Positions 34,400 to 43,845 are shown, numbered from the whole stretch's first letter. The stretch: DNA of 63,173 bases, filler included, from 6 parts of 6 records of this genome joined end to end with filler, not necessarily neighbours in it, one strand, 5' to 3'. The notes: generated from the sequence alone by a model not told the origin. Numbers and translations: made by a program.

Positions 34400-35188
34400 A
34401 TGCGTCGATCCCATGCACTTGTGGGGCTGTTTTTTGCAGCCAGCGTAGGAACCTCAACCGTTGCAGACGAGGCCGCCGATTTGGCCCAGGAACTGGCCAA
34501 CCCGCTTGCTGCCATCATCTCGGTTCCGTTTCAGTTGAACTATGATGATAACCTGGGTGTCTCTGATCAGGGGTCGCGCACCACGTTGAACTTTCAGCCG
34601 GTCGTGCCCTTTGAACTTAACAATGACCTAAACCTGATCACCCGTACGATCATTCCTTACATCTGGCAGGAAGACGTTGTCCCGGGGACGCGTCAGGAAG
34701 GGGTCGGCGATATTCTGTTCTCCGCATGGTTTTCTCCTACAGGAACAGGGGATCTGACATGGGGCATTGGTCCGGTTGTGCGGTTACCAACCTTTAGCGA
34801 CGTGTCAAGCGACACATGGGCAGCCGGGATCACCGGCATTGCCCTGCGTCAGACCGGGCCGTGGACCTATGGTGCGCTGGCCAATCACCTGTGGGATCTG
34901 GAGAGCAATCCCGAAACCCCCACGAATGTGAGTTTTCTCCAGCCTTTTCTTGCTTATTCCACTGAAGGTGCCTGGACCTATTCGCTTCAAAGCGAAAGCA
35001 CCTATGACTGGGAGGCTGAAACTTGGGCCGTGCCGATAAATGCCTCGGTCTCGCGCCTAGTGCAATGGGGGGCGGTGCCGGTCAATCTGCAAGCCGGGGT
35101 CGGTTATTGGCTGGAGGCACCCGAGGTGGGTGCGGAGGGCGTTCGTTTTCGCCTCCAAGCCCAAGTCGTCTTGCCCAGGAGGCGCTGA
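34400..35188 (+). CDS. Putative outer-membrane beta-barrel/transporter protein
   Basis: Signal peptide; LAQELANPLA..SVPFQ, QPVVPF; alternating beta strands with many W/Y; AGGAG RBS. Confidence 0.7.
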   Translation: MRRSHALVGLFFAASVGTSTVADEAADLAQELANPLAAIISVPFQLNYDDNLGVSDQGSRTTLNFQPVVPFELNNDLNLITRTIIPYIWQEDVVPGTRQEGVGDILFSAWFSPTGTGDLTWGIGPVVRLPTFSDVSSDTWAAGITGIALRQTGPWTYGALANHLWDLESNPETPTNVSFLQPFLAYSTEGAWTYSLQSESTYDWEAETWAVPINASVSRLVQWGAVPVNLQAGVGYWLEAPEVGAEGVRFRLQAQVVLPRRR

Positions 35189-35443
35189 CGTTTAGCATAG
35201 GCTTTGTTTGTTAACAGCAGAAGTCAGGGAGTCTTGATGGCAGAACATATGCAACGGAATGGTCAAGCGCATGTCGAGCTCGCACCTGATCTTCAGAAGT
35301 TGCAATCGCGTCAAACTCGACTGCCTACATTAGTGCTTTGATAACGCGGTGGTTGTTTTGAGATGGTCAAACTCACAGATTGCGGACAAAGCAGATGTTA
35401 ATACTCGATCAGCGTGGTTGCTCAATTCGGCGACTAACAAAAA

Positions 35444-36241
35444 TTATCGCTGGATCGTCCGCTCAATTAGCTCATTCACCTGCTCTGGCGTCTCTATCGA
35501 TGAAGAGTGACCCGCACGTTTGAAAATCTGCAGTTCTGCGCCCGTTATCGCCGCACGTATGCGTTGGGATTTCGCCGGAACAGTTGCAACGTCTTCATCG
35601 CCGACACCAATGCCAACGGGAATTTCGATCTTGCTCAAGAGATCCGCGCATCCCTCGCGGTCTATTACCCCCATAACAGCGCGGGTAATACCAACACGGT
35701 GATTGTTGATGATTGCCTTCGCCCATCTGTTCTTTTCGTCTGTACGAGAGGCATCGTTCAAAAAAGATTGACCGAACATTATTGGCATGACGCGCCCGAT
35801 TACAGCCCATAGTCCGATCCAGCGGGCCACGAAATTTAGCTTCCTGTATTTCGGAGCATTTTCATGTGGTTCAGGGTCTGCGGAGGTCTCGAGCAGAGTC
35901 AGTGTCTTGAGTAATTCTGGGTGTTGTGCTGCCAATCGAATGCCAACAAATCCTCCCATGCTCAATCCAACGAAATGACAGCCTTCAATACCCAGATGTC
36001 GGATGAGAGCCACTGCATCAGCCGTTAGGGTGTCAATATCGTACCCACCCTCGGTTACACTGCTTTGCCCCTGTCCACGGTGATCGAATGCGATACAACG
36101 ATATCGTTTTTGGAAATGGTCAATTTGCGCCGCGAACATCGCTCCACTGAAAAGGAGACCATGCGAAAACACGATGGTCTCTCCGGCCCCTTTTGTATCG
36201 GTGAAGTGAATGCGCGCGCCATTCAGATCAGCATACGGCAT
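35444..36241 (-). CDS. Alpha/beta hydrolase (enol-lactonase-like)
   Basis: HG, DHRGQG, nucleophile GLSMGG, GDED, AGH; GGAGG RBS. Confidence 0.9.
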   Translation of the reverse strand: MPYADLNGARIHFTDTKGAGETIVFSHGLLFSGAMFAAQIDHFQKRYRCIAFDHRGQGQSSVTEGGYDIDTLTADAVALIRHLGIEGCHFVGLSMGGFVGIRLAAQHPELLKTLTLLETSADPEPHENAPKYRKLNFVARWIGLWAVIGRVMPIMFGQSFLNDASRTDEKNRWAKAIINNHRVGITRAVMGVIDREGCADLLSKIEIPVGIGVGDEDVATVPAKSQRIRAAITGAELQIFKRAGHSSSIETPEQVNELIERTIQR

Positions 36242-36428
36242 GTTACCTCCACAGTATGAAATGTGGGTAGCATATCATGGCTTTGTCTACACTCGACCGC
36301 CCTTGTGAGGGCTAGACCAACTTGAGTGGCTGTGGGCTCACGGCGGACCTCGGAGGCAGCGCAGCATCCGGACCTGCCTATACCCTATCGATGCCAAGGA
36401 CGGCCCAAACCTGCCGTTCACAGACCGG

Positions 36429-36528
36429 NNNNNNNNNNNNNNNNNNNNNNNNNNNNNNNNNNNNNNNNNNNNTTAATTAATTAANNNNNNNNNNNNNNNN
36501 NNNNNNNNNNNNNNNNNNNNNNNNNNNN
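36429..36528. other. Artificial contig spacer
   Basis: N-TTAATTAATTAA-N, 100 bp. Confidence 0.99.
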
Positions 36529-36537
36529 AACCTGCAT
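36529..36537 (-). CDS. rpsU: First three codons (MQV) of probable 30S ribosomal protein S21
   Basis: GAAAGGTGGTG RBS then ATG CAG GTT, divergent from COQ9. Identity inferred from recalled Rhodobacteraceae synteny only. Confidence 0.5.
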
Positions 36538-36648
36538 GTGGTTTTCACCACCTTTCTAGGATAAAGTTGCAAGGATTTGCAGGAAACCGGCCTATATCAA
36601 GGTCACAAGCGTTTGTCGAGTCTTCCTGACCTGCTGAAAGGACCATCT

Positions 36649-37335
36649 ATGTCTGACCCAAAACACCTATTGCTGGATGCCGCATTGCCGCATGTGCCTT
36701 TTGACGGCTGGACCGAGGCGACGTTTAAAGCCGCGGTCAGCGACAGTAGCATTGAGCCAACCGTGGCACGCGCCGTTTGTCCCCGCGGGGCGGTGGATCT
36801 GGCCGTTGCCTATCACCAGCAGTGCGATACGCAGATGCTGGCGGCGCTTAAATCCGCCGATCTGAACGAAATGCGGTTTCGCGACCGGATTGCCCATGCG
36901 GTGCGTTTGCGTCTGGAGGCGGTGGAAGACAAGGAAGCGGTGCGGCGCGCCACAACCCTGTTTGCCTTGCCCCATCATGCGCCGGAGGGGGCCAAGCTGA
37001 TCTGGGCCACGGTCGATCAGATTTGGAACGCGCTGGGCGATACCTCGGATGATTTCAACTGGTATTCCAAACGCATGACCCTCAGCGGGGTATATTCGGC
37101 CACGGTGTTGTTCTGGCTGGGCGATACCAGCGAGGGGCATGCCGCGACCTGGGCATTTCTGGACCGGCGCATTGATAATGTGATGCAGATCGAAAAGGTG
37201 AAGGCGCAGGTCAATAAGAACCCAGCACTCAGCAAGTTGATGGCGGGGCCGAATTGGCTGATGGGCCGGATCAAACCACCTGCGCGTTTTTCAAAGGGCG
37301 ATTTCCCTGGATCATGGACTGCGCCGCGGGATTGA
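36649..37335 (+). CDS. COQ9 family ubiquinone biosynthesis protein
   Basis: HVPFDGW, RFRDRI..AVRLRLE, GDTSDDFNWYSKR, FLDRRIDNVM. Confidence 0.92.
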   Translation: MSDPKHLLLDAALPHVPFDGWTEATFKAAVSDSSIEPTVARAVCPRGAVDLAVAYHQQCDTQMLAALKSADLNEMRFRDRIAHAVRLRLEAVEDKEAVRRATTLFALPHHAPEGAKLIWATVDQIWNALGDTSDDFNWYSKRMTLSGVYSATVLFWLGDTSEGHAATWAFLDRRIDNVMQIEKVKAQVNKNPALSKLMAGPNWLMGRIKPPARFSKGDFPGSWTAPRD

Positions 37336-37422
37336 CAAGGTGTGACTGCCGGGACGAAGAGCTCCCTTTACTTCATCAGGTGACCTGCTAGGCAGCGGAT
37401 CACCTTGATAAAGCGAGATGTG

Positions 37423-38157
37423 ATGAGCCCTACTGCGCCTCCGTTGATCGCCCTGCGCGATGTGTCTTATCTGCCGGACAGCAAGCCGGTTCTATCGGAT
37501 ATCACGCTGGAAACCGATGCGCGCCGCATTGGCATCGTCGGGCGCAACGGCTCTGGCAAGACCACGCTGGCCCGGGTTATTGCGGGGCTCGTTGGCGTGG
37601 ATGACGGAACCGTGCACATCGGCGGGGTGGATGTGGCACGGGATCGCAAGGCGGCACTGGGCGCTGTGGGCATCTTGTTTCAGAACCCCGATCATCAGAT
37701 CATTTTCCCCACCGTCGAAGAGGAAATTGCCTTTGGGCTGGCCCAGCAGGGCCACAGCAAACAGGAAATCAAAACCGCTGTCGCCGCCATGCTGAACCGC
37801 TTTGACAAAGCCCATTGGGCAGAGGCGGCAATTCATCAATTGTCACAGGGCCAACGACAGCTTGTCTGCCTGATGTCGGTGCTTGCCATGGCACCGCGGG
37901 TGATCGTGCTGGATGAGCCTTTTGCCGGATTGGATATCCCTACTACGCGTCAACTGGCGCGGGTGCTGGACAGTCTTGACCTCTGCCTTGTGCTGATCAC
38001 TCATGATCCTGCGATGCTGGACGGGTATGACCGTGTGCTGTGGATCGAGGCAGGGCGCATCCTGCAGGATGGTGCGGCGGAACCCGTGCTGAAAGCATTT
38101 CAAGAGCAAATGCTGCAATTGGGGGATGGTGATGATCTCTCTGACCTCGCCAGTTAG
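37423..38157 (+). CDS. bioM: ECF biotin transporter ATPase
   Basis: GRNGSGKT, FQNPDHQI, LSQGQ, LDEP; in an operon with bioN and bioY. Confidence 0.88.
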   Translation: MSPTAPPLIALRDVSYLPDSKPVLSDITLETDARRIGIVGRNGSGKTTLARVIAGLVGVDDGTVHIGGVDVARDRKAALGAVGILFQNPDHQIIFPTVEEEIAFGLAQQGHSKQEIKTAVAAMLNRFDKAHWAEAAIHQLSQGQRQLVCLMSVLAMAPRVIVLDEPFAGLDIPTTRQLARVLDSLDLCLVLITHDPAMLDGYDRVLWIEAGRILQDGAAEPVLKAFQEQMLQLGDGDDLSDLAS

Positions 38158-38734
38158 AACGGCGGCCCATAGCTGGCCTGCGGGTGCTAAGCTGGCCGCC
38201 TTATGTGTGGCAACAGTGGTGCTGTTCTCAGTGCAGAAAATCGGCTGGCATCTTGCGTTTATGACGGCGACCGCCCTGCTCTACGCCCTGCCCGGACGGG
38301 TGTTTTTCCGCAGCGGCATGGTGCGGCTATGGGGGCTGTGGCCCTTTGTGGCGCTGATCTTTGTCTGGCATGTGATTACCCATGATATCGCAACCGGGGC
38401 GGCAATCTGTTTTCGGATGGTGACGGCGGTTGGGCTGGCCAATCTTGTCACCATGACAACCCGGCTAAGTGATATGATGGACGTGGTGCGCGTCCTGCTG
38501 TCACCGCTGAACCGTTTTGGCCTTCAATCTCACCGGATCGAATTGGCGATGGCACTGGTCATCCGGTTCACCCCGGTGCTTGCACTAAAAGGTCAGGCCC
38601 TTGTGGCGGCATGGCGGGCGCGCAGCCCGAAACGCCCCGGTTGGCGGATCATCATCCCATTTGCCGTACTGGCAATAGATGACGCAGAACATGTCGCCGA
38701 AGCGCTGCGCGCGCGGGGCGGTGTTTCACGTTGA
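38132..38734 (+). CDS. bioN: ECF transporter T component
   Basis: Hydrophobic; AWRAR and AEALRARGG motifs. Confidence 0.87.
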   Translation: MISLTSPVRTAAHSWPAGAKLAALCVATVVLFSVQKIGWHLAFMTATALLYALPGRVFFRSGMVRLWGLWPFVALIFVWHVITHDIATGAAICFRMVTAVGLANLVTMTTRLSDMMDVVRVLLSPLNRFGLQSHRIELAMALVIRFTPVLALKGQALVAAWRARSPKRPGWRIIIPFAVLAIDDAEHVAEALRARGGVSR

Positions 38735-38786
38735 TGCCATAAGCAAACTAACTTACCTCTCTTGCAAACCAACAAAGGATGCCCCT

Positions 38787-39332
38787 ATGGAACGTTCAAT
38801 TGCCCTTATCGCTGTCTTCGCTGCCCTGATTGCGGCACTTGGCCTGATGCCCACATTGATGCTGGCTTCTGGCATTCCGATTACTGCGCAAAGCCTTGGT
38901 GTCATGCTTTGCGGTACCGTGCTGGGAGCGAAACGTGGCGGGCTGGCGGCGCTGCTGTTTGTGGCGCTGGTTGCCCTTGGCCTGCCTTTGCTGGCCGGTG
39001 GCCGAGGTGGCCTGGGCGTATTTGCCAGCCCAACAGCCGGCTTCATCATCGGCTTTCCGATTGCTGCCTTTGCCACGGGTTTTGTAATGGAACAAACCCG
39101 TAAGATGTCGATTGCAGTGGCGGCCGGTGTGGCCTCTGTCATCGGTGGCATTCTGGTGCTTTATATCTGCGGTGTGCTGGGCTTTATGATGGTGCTGAAC
39201 AAAGGTCTGGGGGAAACGCTGGCGATCCTTGGTGTTTATGTTCCGGGTGATATCATCAAGGCCGTATTGGCCGGGTTGATCACTGCGGGTCTTGCCCGTG
39301 CCCGTCCCGCCAGCGTGCTGTCGCGCGCCTGA
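38787..39332 (+). CDS. bioY: Biotin transporter S component
   Basis: PITAQSLGV, GLPLLAGGRGG, PTAGFIIGF, PGDIIKA. Confidence 0.93.
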   Translation: MERSIALIAVFAALIAALGLMPTLMLASGIPITAQSLGVMLCGTVLGAKRGGLAALLFVALVALGLPLLAGGRGGLGVFASPTAGFIIGFPIAAFATGFVMEQTRKMSIAVAAGVASVIGGILVLYICGVLGFMMVLNKGLGETLAILGVYVPGDIIKAVLAGLITAGLARARPASVLSRA

Positions 39333-39436
39333 GCGCCGGGGGACAAGACCGGTCTTGTGACCGAAAATGACAATCCGCGTGCGCTTTGGCGCGCGCGGAC
39401 TTAGGATGCAGGTGAGCCACTCCAAGAGGATACCCC

Positions 39437-40423
39437 ATGACCGATACAATGCGCGCAATCGAAATTTCCGAACCGGGTGGGCCAGAGGTTTTGCAGATGG
39501 CCGAACGACCCGTTCCGCAGGCCAAACATGGGCAGGTTGTGATCAAAGTGGCCTATGCCGGTGTGAACCGGCCGGATGCATTGCAACGGGCCGGAAAATA
39601 TGCGCCGCCCCCCACAGCAAGTGATCTGCCGGGGCTGGAAGCTTCTGGTGAAGTTGTCAGCATCGGGGCAGGGGTGAGCGATCTGAACGTCGGAGATAAG
39701 GTCTGTGCCCTCCTACCGGGTGGAGGCTATGCGGAATTTGTGGCCACGCCCGCAGCCCATTGTCTGCCGGTGCCAAAAGGGATGGGTATGAAAGAGGCGG
39801 CCTGCCTGCCGGAAACGTTTTTCACCGTCTGGTCCAATGTGTTTATGCGTGGTGGGTTGAAAGCCGGCGAACGCTTCATGGTGCATGGCGGTTCTTCAGG
39901 TATCGGTACAACGGCGATCCAACTGGCAAATGCCTTTGGCGCTCGTGTTTTTACCACCGCAGGTACGGATGCAAAATGCGCCGCCTGTATGAAGCTGGGT
40001 GCAGAAGCCGCGATCAACTATCGAGATACGGATTTTGTTGACGTATTGCGTGCCGAAGGCGGTGCGGATCTGATCCTCGACATGGTCGGCGGTGACTACA
40101 TCCCGCGCAACATCAAGGCCTTGGCCGAAGATGGGCGGCTGGTGCAGATCGCGTTTCTGCAAGGCCCTTCTGTGGAGCTGAACTTTGCCATGCTGATGAC
40201 GCGCCGGCTGACCATGACGGGATCAACCCTGCGCCCGCAAAGTGATCTTGCAAAGGCACGCATTGCCCAAGAACTGCGCGAAGCTGTCTGGCCCTTGCTG
40301 GATGCGGGCCGGATCGCACCGGTGATGGACAGTGAATATGCGATGCAGGATGCAAGTGACGCGCATGCCCGTATGGAAAGCAGTGGCCATATTGGCAAGA
40401 TCGTGTTGCGCATCGAGGGCTGA
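39437..40423 (+). CDS. NAD(P)H:quinone oxidoreductase (zeta-crystallin/PIG3 type)
   Basis: GVNRPDALQRAGKY, PGLEASG, HGGSSGIG, HIGKIVL. Confidence 0.92.
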   Translation: MTDTMRAIEISEPGGPEVLQMAERPVPQAKHGQVVIKVAYAGVNRPDALQRAGKYAPPPTASDLPGLEASGEVVSIGAGVSDLNVGDKVCALLPGGGYAEFVATPAAHCLPVPKGMGMKEAACLPETFFTVWSNVFMRGGLKAGERFMVHGGSSGIGTTAIQLANAFGARVFTTAGTDAKCAACMKLGAEAAINYRDTDFVDVLRAEGGADLILDMVGGDYIPRNIKALAEDGRLVQIAFLQGPSVELNFAMLMTRRLTMTGSTLRPQSDLAKARIAQELREAVWPLLDAGRIAPVMDSEYAMQDASDAHARMESSGHIGKIVLRIEG

Positions 40424-40496
40424 TCCAAAGGACGCGGGACAAGCCCGCGACATCAATCTGGATTCGCCTAACGCCGGTGGGCGGTGGCCATGGAGA

Positions 40497-40670
40497 GTGC
40501 GGACAGTATATACAGCCAAAAAGAAACGAATTGTTAACCAAAATCGTCGTTTATGGAGACACGGAACAGGCAGCAGTGCCGATGACCGTGCCAAGAAGAG
40601 AACAGTCACGTTCTTGCGAAGAGGGGAGAAGCAATTCTCTCCTCTTTTTGGCTTTATATACTGTCCGCAC
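40497..40670. repeat. Long intergenic inverted repeat (REP/MITE-like)
   Basis: GTGCGGACAGTATATAcAGCCAAAAAGA (from 40497) and its reverse complement ending at 40670; 27 of 28 match. Confidence 0.85.
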
Positions 40671-40696
40671 CATCGGCATTGTGCCGTCTGACCACA

Positions 40697-41341
40697 CTAC
40701 CGCAGCGGCGCAAAAACCGCTTTTTTCAACGTGCAATCCCTCACAACATCTTGCCCGCAAGGCACAGGATCCAGAGATTTCGACAGGCAGATCCGTGCCT
40801 CTTGAATCCGATCTTTGCGACAGGTGATTGTCACGCCGTCAGCGGCCATTTCTGGGTTGGATTTCAGGAAGGCCTCTTCAACGACAGAGGCGGGTAGAAG
40901 AACCTTCCGGTCAAGTTTGCGAAAGATTGCCGGCCGGACAACGCGGGCATATGCCTCTCGGGACAGCGCATAATAAGCGGCGGCGGAAAGACCGGTGCAG
41001 GTGCCATGTTTCTTCCATTGGTGCCAGGCCAGACCGGAGGTGCCCATGATATCAGCCATCTTTGCCGTCATCCCGCGCGAGGGCGGGCGTTCGGCTGTTT
41101 GACAGAAGGACGGGTAGCCGCGGTGAAACTGTGGCCATAACCCGTGCATGATCCAGCCATGCCCGCTGCCCGTCTCACATTGCTCTGAATTGCGCGCGTC
41201 GCCTTCCGCCAGACACCAGTTCGGCGACCAGCTGAGCGACAGGACGTAATAATCAAACGCACCGGGCTTGTCGTTTTCCGCTTGCGCGGCTGTGGCCAGG
41301 GCGATGAGCGCGGCTGTGACGGCCGCGAAGAGCTTGCGCAT
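40697..41341 (-). CDS. Ribonuclease T2 family (secreted)
   Basis: Signal peptide; YVLSLSWSP, HGLWP, HQWKKHGTC. Confidence 0.95.
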   Translation of the reverse strand: MRKLFAAVTAALIALATAAQAENDKPGAFDYYVLSLSWSPNWCLAEGDARNSEQCETGSGHGWIMHGLWPQFHRGYPSFCQTAERPPSRGMTAKMADIMGTSGLAWHQWKKHGTCTGLSAAAYYALSREAYARVVRPAIFRKLDRKVLLPASVVEEAFLKSNPEMAADGVTITCRKDRIQEARICLSKSLDPVPCGQDVVRDCTLKKAVFAPLR

Positions 41342-41470
41342 TGGGTCTTTCCTTATCTTTTCGGTCTCAGTATAAGCCAGCCAAGTTCCCCGACAATGGA
41401 AACCGTCTCAATCCACCGAGACAGCCTTTTCAGGCGACGGGAAAATTGCGTTTTGAGAGGAGAGACCAAC

Positions 41471-42244
41471 ATGGCAAAACCGATTATGGCCAAGGCGACC
41501 GCCGTTTGGCTGGTGGACAATACCACCATCAATTTCAAACAGATCGCCGATTTTGTCGGCATGCATGAGTTGGAAGTTCAGGGCATTGCTGACGGTGATG
41601 TTGCTGCTGGCGTCAAAGGGTTTGATCCTGTGGCCAACAACCAGCTGACGCAGGAAGAAATCGATGCGGCACAAAAGAATCCGCTGCACAAGCTGACGCT
41701 GAAATTCAACGCTGCCGCACAGGGCGAAGAAAAACGTCGCGGTCCGCGCTATACACCTTTGTCCAAACGTCAGGACCGTCCGGCGTCGATTTTGTGGCTG
41801 GTGAAGTTCCATCCCGAATTGACCGATGGTCAGGTTGGCAAGCTGGTCGGCACCACCAAGCCGACCATTCAGGCGATCCGCGAGCGGACCCATTGGAACA
41901 TCGCCAACATTCAGCCGATTGATCCGGTTGCGCTGGGGCTGTGTAAACAGTCCGAGCTGGATGCGGCTGTGCAAAAGGCGGCGGCGAAAAAAGCGGCTGC
42001 TGGTGAAGTGATGAGCGACGACGAGCGCCGCAAGCTGGTCAGCACAGAGCAGAGCCTCGGCATGGATGCAGAGCCCAAGATCCCCACCGCGATTGAGGGT
42101 CTTGAGACCTTTACACTCTCCGGTGATGAGGTGGTCGAGGATGAGGAAAAAGACGACAGCAACTACCTTGATGCGGATAGCTTCTTTTCCTTGCCTGACA
42201 CTGGTTCTGCGAAAGATGAGGATGAAGACGAGGCAAAATCCTGA
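41471..42244 (+). CDS. trcR: DUF1013 protein / cell-cycle transcriptional regulator TrcR
   Basis: MAKATAVWLVDNT, GPRYTPLSKRQDRP, GTTKPTI..IRERTHWN; acidic tail. Confidence 0.9.
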   Translation: MAKPIMAKATAVWLVDNTTINFKQIADFVGMHELEVQGIADGDVAAGVKGFDPVANNQLTQEEIDAAQKNPLHKLTLKFNAAAQGEEKRRGPRYTPLSKRQDRPASILWLVKFHPELTDGQVGKLVGTTKPTIQAIRERTHWNIANIQPIDPVALGLCKQSELDAAVQKAAAKKAAAGEVMSDDERRKLVSTEQSLGMDAEPKIPTAIEGLETFTLSGDEVVEDEEKDDSNYLDADSFFSLPDTGSAKDEDEDEAKS

Positions 42245-42290
42245 GCCTGTCGGGCTTGGTGATATCGTCGTCTTGAATGAACAGAAACCG

Positions 42291-42322
42291 GAAGGGCACG
42301 AGGGAAACCTTGTGCCCTTTTT
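42291..42322 (+). terminator. Intrinsic terminator after trcR
   Basis: AAGGGCACGAGG-GAAA-CCTTGTGCCCTT followed by a T-run. Confidence 0.85.
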
Positions 42323-42373
42323 GTCGCGGGTTTGGTGGAGAGAGAAAAAATACAGTCCCGTGCATTTTCTGAC

Positions 42374-42537
42374 TTGTACGAATCTGAAACAGGCGTAAAT
42401 GCCGCGCTACAGACGCCAACGCACGCGCCTCTGGCCGGTCAGCCCATACTGACTGACCCGCGTTTATGCAGCGACGGTAACGTCTCTTGAAATGACACTT
42501 GGGGTGCTCCCGCCCCTCCTGCTCTTTGGAGATGACC
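42374..42537 (+). promoter_or_regulatory. Candidate promoter and structured 5' leader of ornithine decarboxylase
   Basis: TTGTAC-16-TAAATG; hairpins GTCAG/CTGAC, GACG-GTAA-CGTC, and CTCC..GGAG over the RBS; short Arg-containing uORFs. Confidence 0.5.
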
Positions 42538-43719
42538 ATGAACGCTTCCGTCCCCGGCGCATTGAGCGCTGCCCCTTTTGCTGTATCCTACGTTGCCGAT
42601 CCGGCTGCGGCCTATATTGGCGCGAATGATTTCGACCGGCCAACGCTGGTGGTGTCACGGGCGAAAGTTGCGGCGCAATATGATGCATTGAGTGCGGGTC
42701 TTGGCTATGCGCATATCCACTATGCTGTAAAAGCGAACCCGGCACCGGAAGTGATCCGTACCTTGGTGCGCAAAGGGTCAGGCTTTGACTGTGCGTCACG
42801 CGGAGAGATTGAATTGTGCCTGTCACAAGGGGCCAAGCCATCCGATATTTCCTTTGGCAATACCATCAAACGGGCGGCTGATGTAGCTTTCGCCCATTCT
42901 GCAGGCATCACTCTGTTTGCCGCCGACTCAGAAGCTGAATTGGAAAAGATCGCACGCCACGCACCGGGTGCGCGCGTCTATATCCGTCTGATTGTTGAAA
43001 ACTCGCTGGCTGATTGGCCGCTCAGCCGTAAATTCGGCTGTGCAGAGGCGCTGCTGCCAAGCTTGCTGGACACCGCCCGCGCATTGGGGCTGGTTGCCTA
43101 TGGCCTGTCGTTCCACGTGGGATCACAGACCCGCAAATCCGAGTTCTGGAACCCAGTGTTGGATCAGGTTGCACCCCTGTGGCATGCGGCACGTGCGGCC
43201 GGTCATGATCTGCAATTGCTGAACATCGGTGGCGGTTTCCCGGCGTTTTACGGCCAGAACATCGAAGCCCCTCGTCGTTATGCCGCATCCGTTCTGCGCG
43301 CCATTGAGGCCCGTTTTGGCACCGTGCCCCATCTGATGGCAGAGCCGGGTCGCGGGCTGGTGGCGGAGGCCGGGCATATCGCGGCGGAAGTCATGCTGGT
43401 TTCGCGTAAATCCGCGGATGATCTGCACCGCTGGGTATATCTCGACATTGGCCGTTTCTCTGGCCTTGCCGAAACCGAAGGTGAAGCGATCCGCTATCAA
43501 CTGATGACTCCGCATGACGGGCAGGAAACCGGTCCCTGTGTACTGGCAGGCCCCTCTTGTGATAGTGCTGATATTCTATATGAAAAACGCCCGGTGCAGC
43601 TGCCTTTGGCGCTGCGCGATGGCGATAAGGTGATGATCCGCTGCTGTGGTGCCTATACCAGTTCTTACAGCTCTGTCGGGTTTAATGGTTTTCCGCCGCT
43701 GGATGTGATCGTTCTATAA
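42538..43719 (+). CDS. Ornithine/lysine decarboxylase (fold-type III PLP, eukaryotic-like ODC family)
   Basis: HYAVKANP, FDCAS, KFG, SFHVGSQ, NIGGGF, EPGR, GPSCDSAD, GAYT..FNGF. Confidence 0.93.
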   Translation: MNASVPGALSAAPFAVSYVADPAAAYIGANDFDRPTLVVSRAKVAAQYDALSAGLGYAHIHYAVKANPAPEVIRTLVRKGSGFDCASRGEIELCLSQGAKPSDISFGNTIKRAADVAFAHSAGITLFAADSEAELEKIARHAPGARVYIRLIVENSLADWPLSRKFGCAEALLPSLLDTARALGLVAYGLSFHVGSQTRKSEFWNPVLDQVAPLWHAARAAGHDLQLLNIGGGFPAFYGQNIEAPRRYAASVLRAIEARFGTVPHLMAEPGRGLVAEAGHIAAEVMLVSRKSADDLHRWVYLDIGRFSGLAETEGEAIRYQLMTPHDGQETGPCVLAGPSCDSADILYEKRPVQLPLALRDGDKVMIRCCGAYTSSYSSVGFNGFPPLDVIVL

Positions 43720-43740
43720 CGGCTGCGTCGCGATCGGAAA

Positions 43741-43839
43741 GGCCGTCTGCTTTGGGAGGGGCGGGCGGCCATTTTGTTTGAGGGCGGCGTGTTGCAAAGG
43801 GCGAAGTCTTGCAAGGCTTCGGGATCCTTTTTTGCAACA
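43741..43839. terminator. Two hairpins between the convergent ODC and recR genes (likely bidirectional termination/REP-like)
   Basis: GGCCGTCTGC..GCGGGCGGCC, and TGTTGCAAAGG..CCTTTTTTGCAACA enclosing the inner near-palindrome CGAAGTCTTGCAAGGCTTCG. Confidence 0.6.
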
Positions 43840-43845
43840 AGGGGG

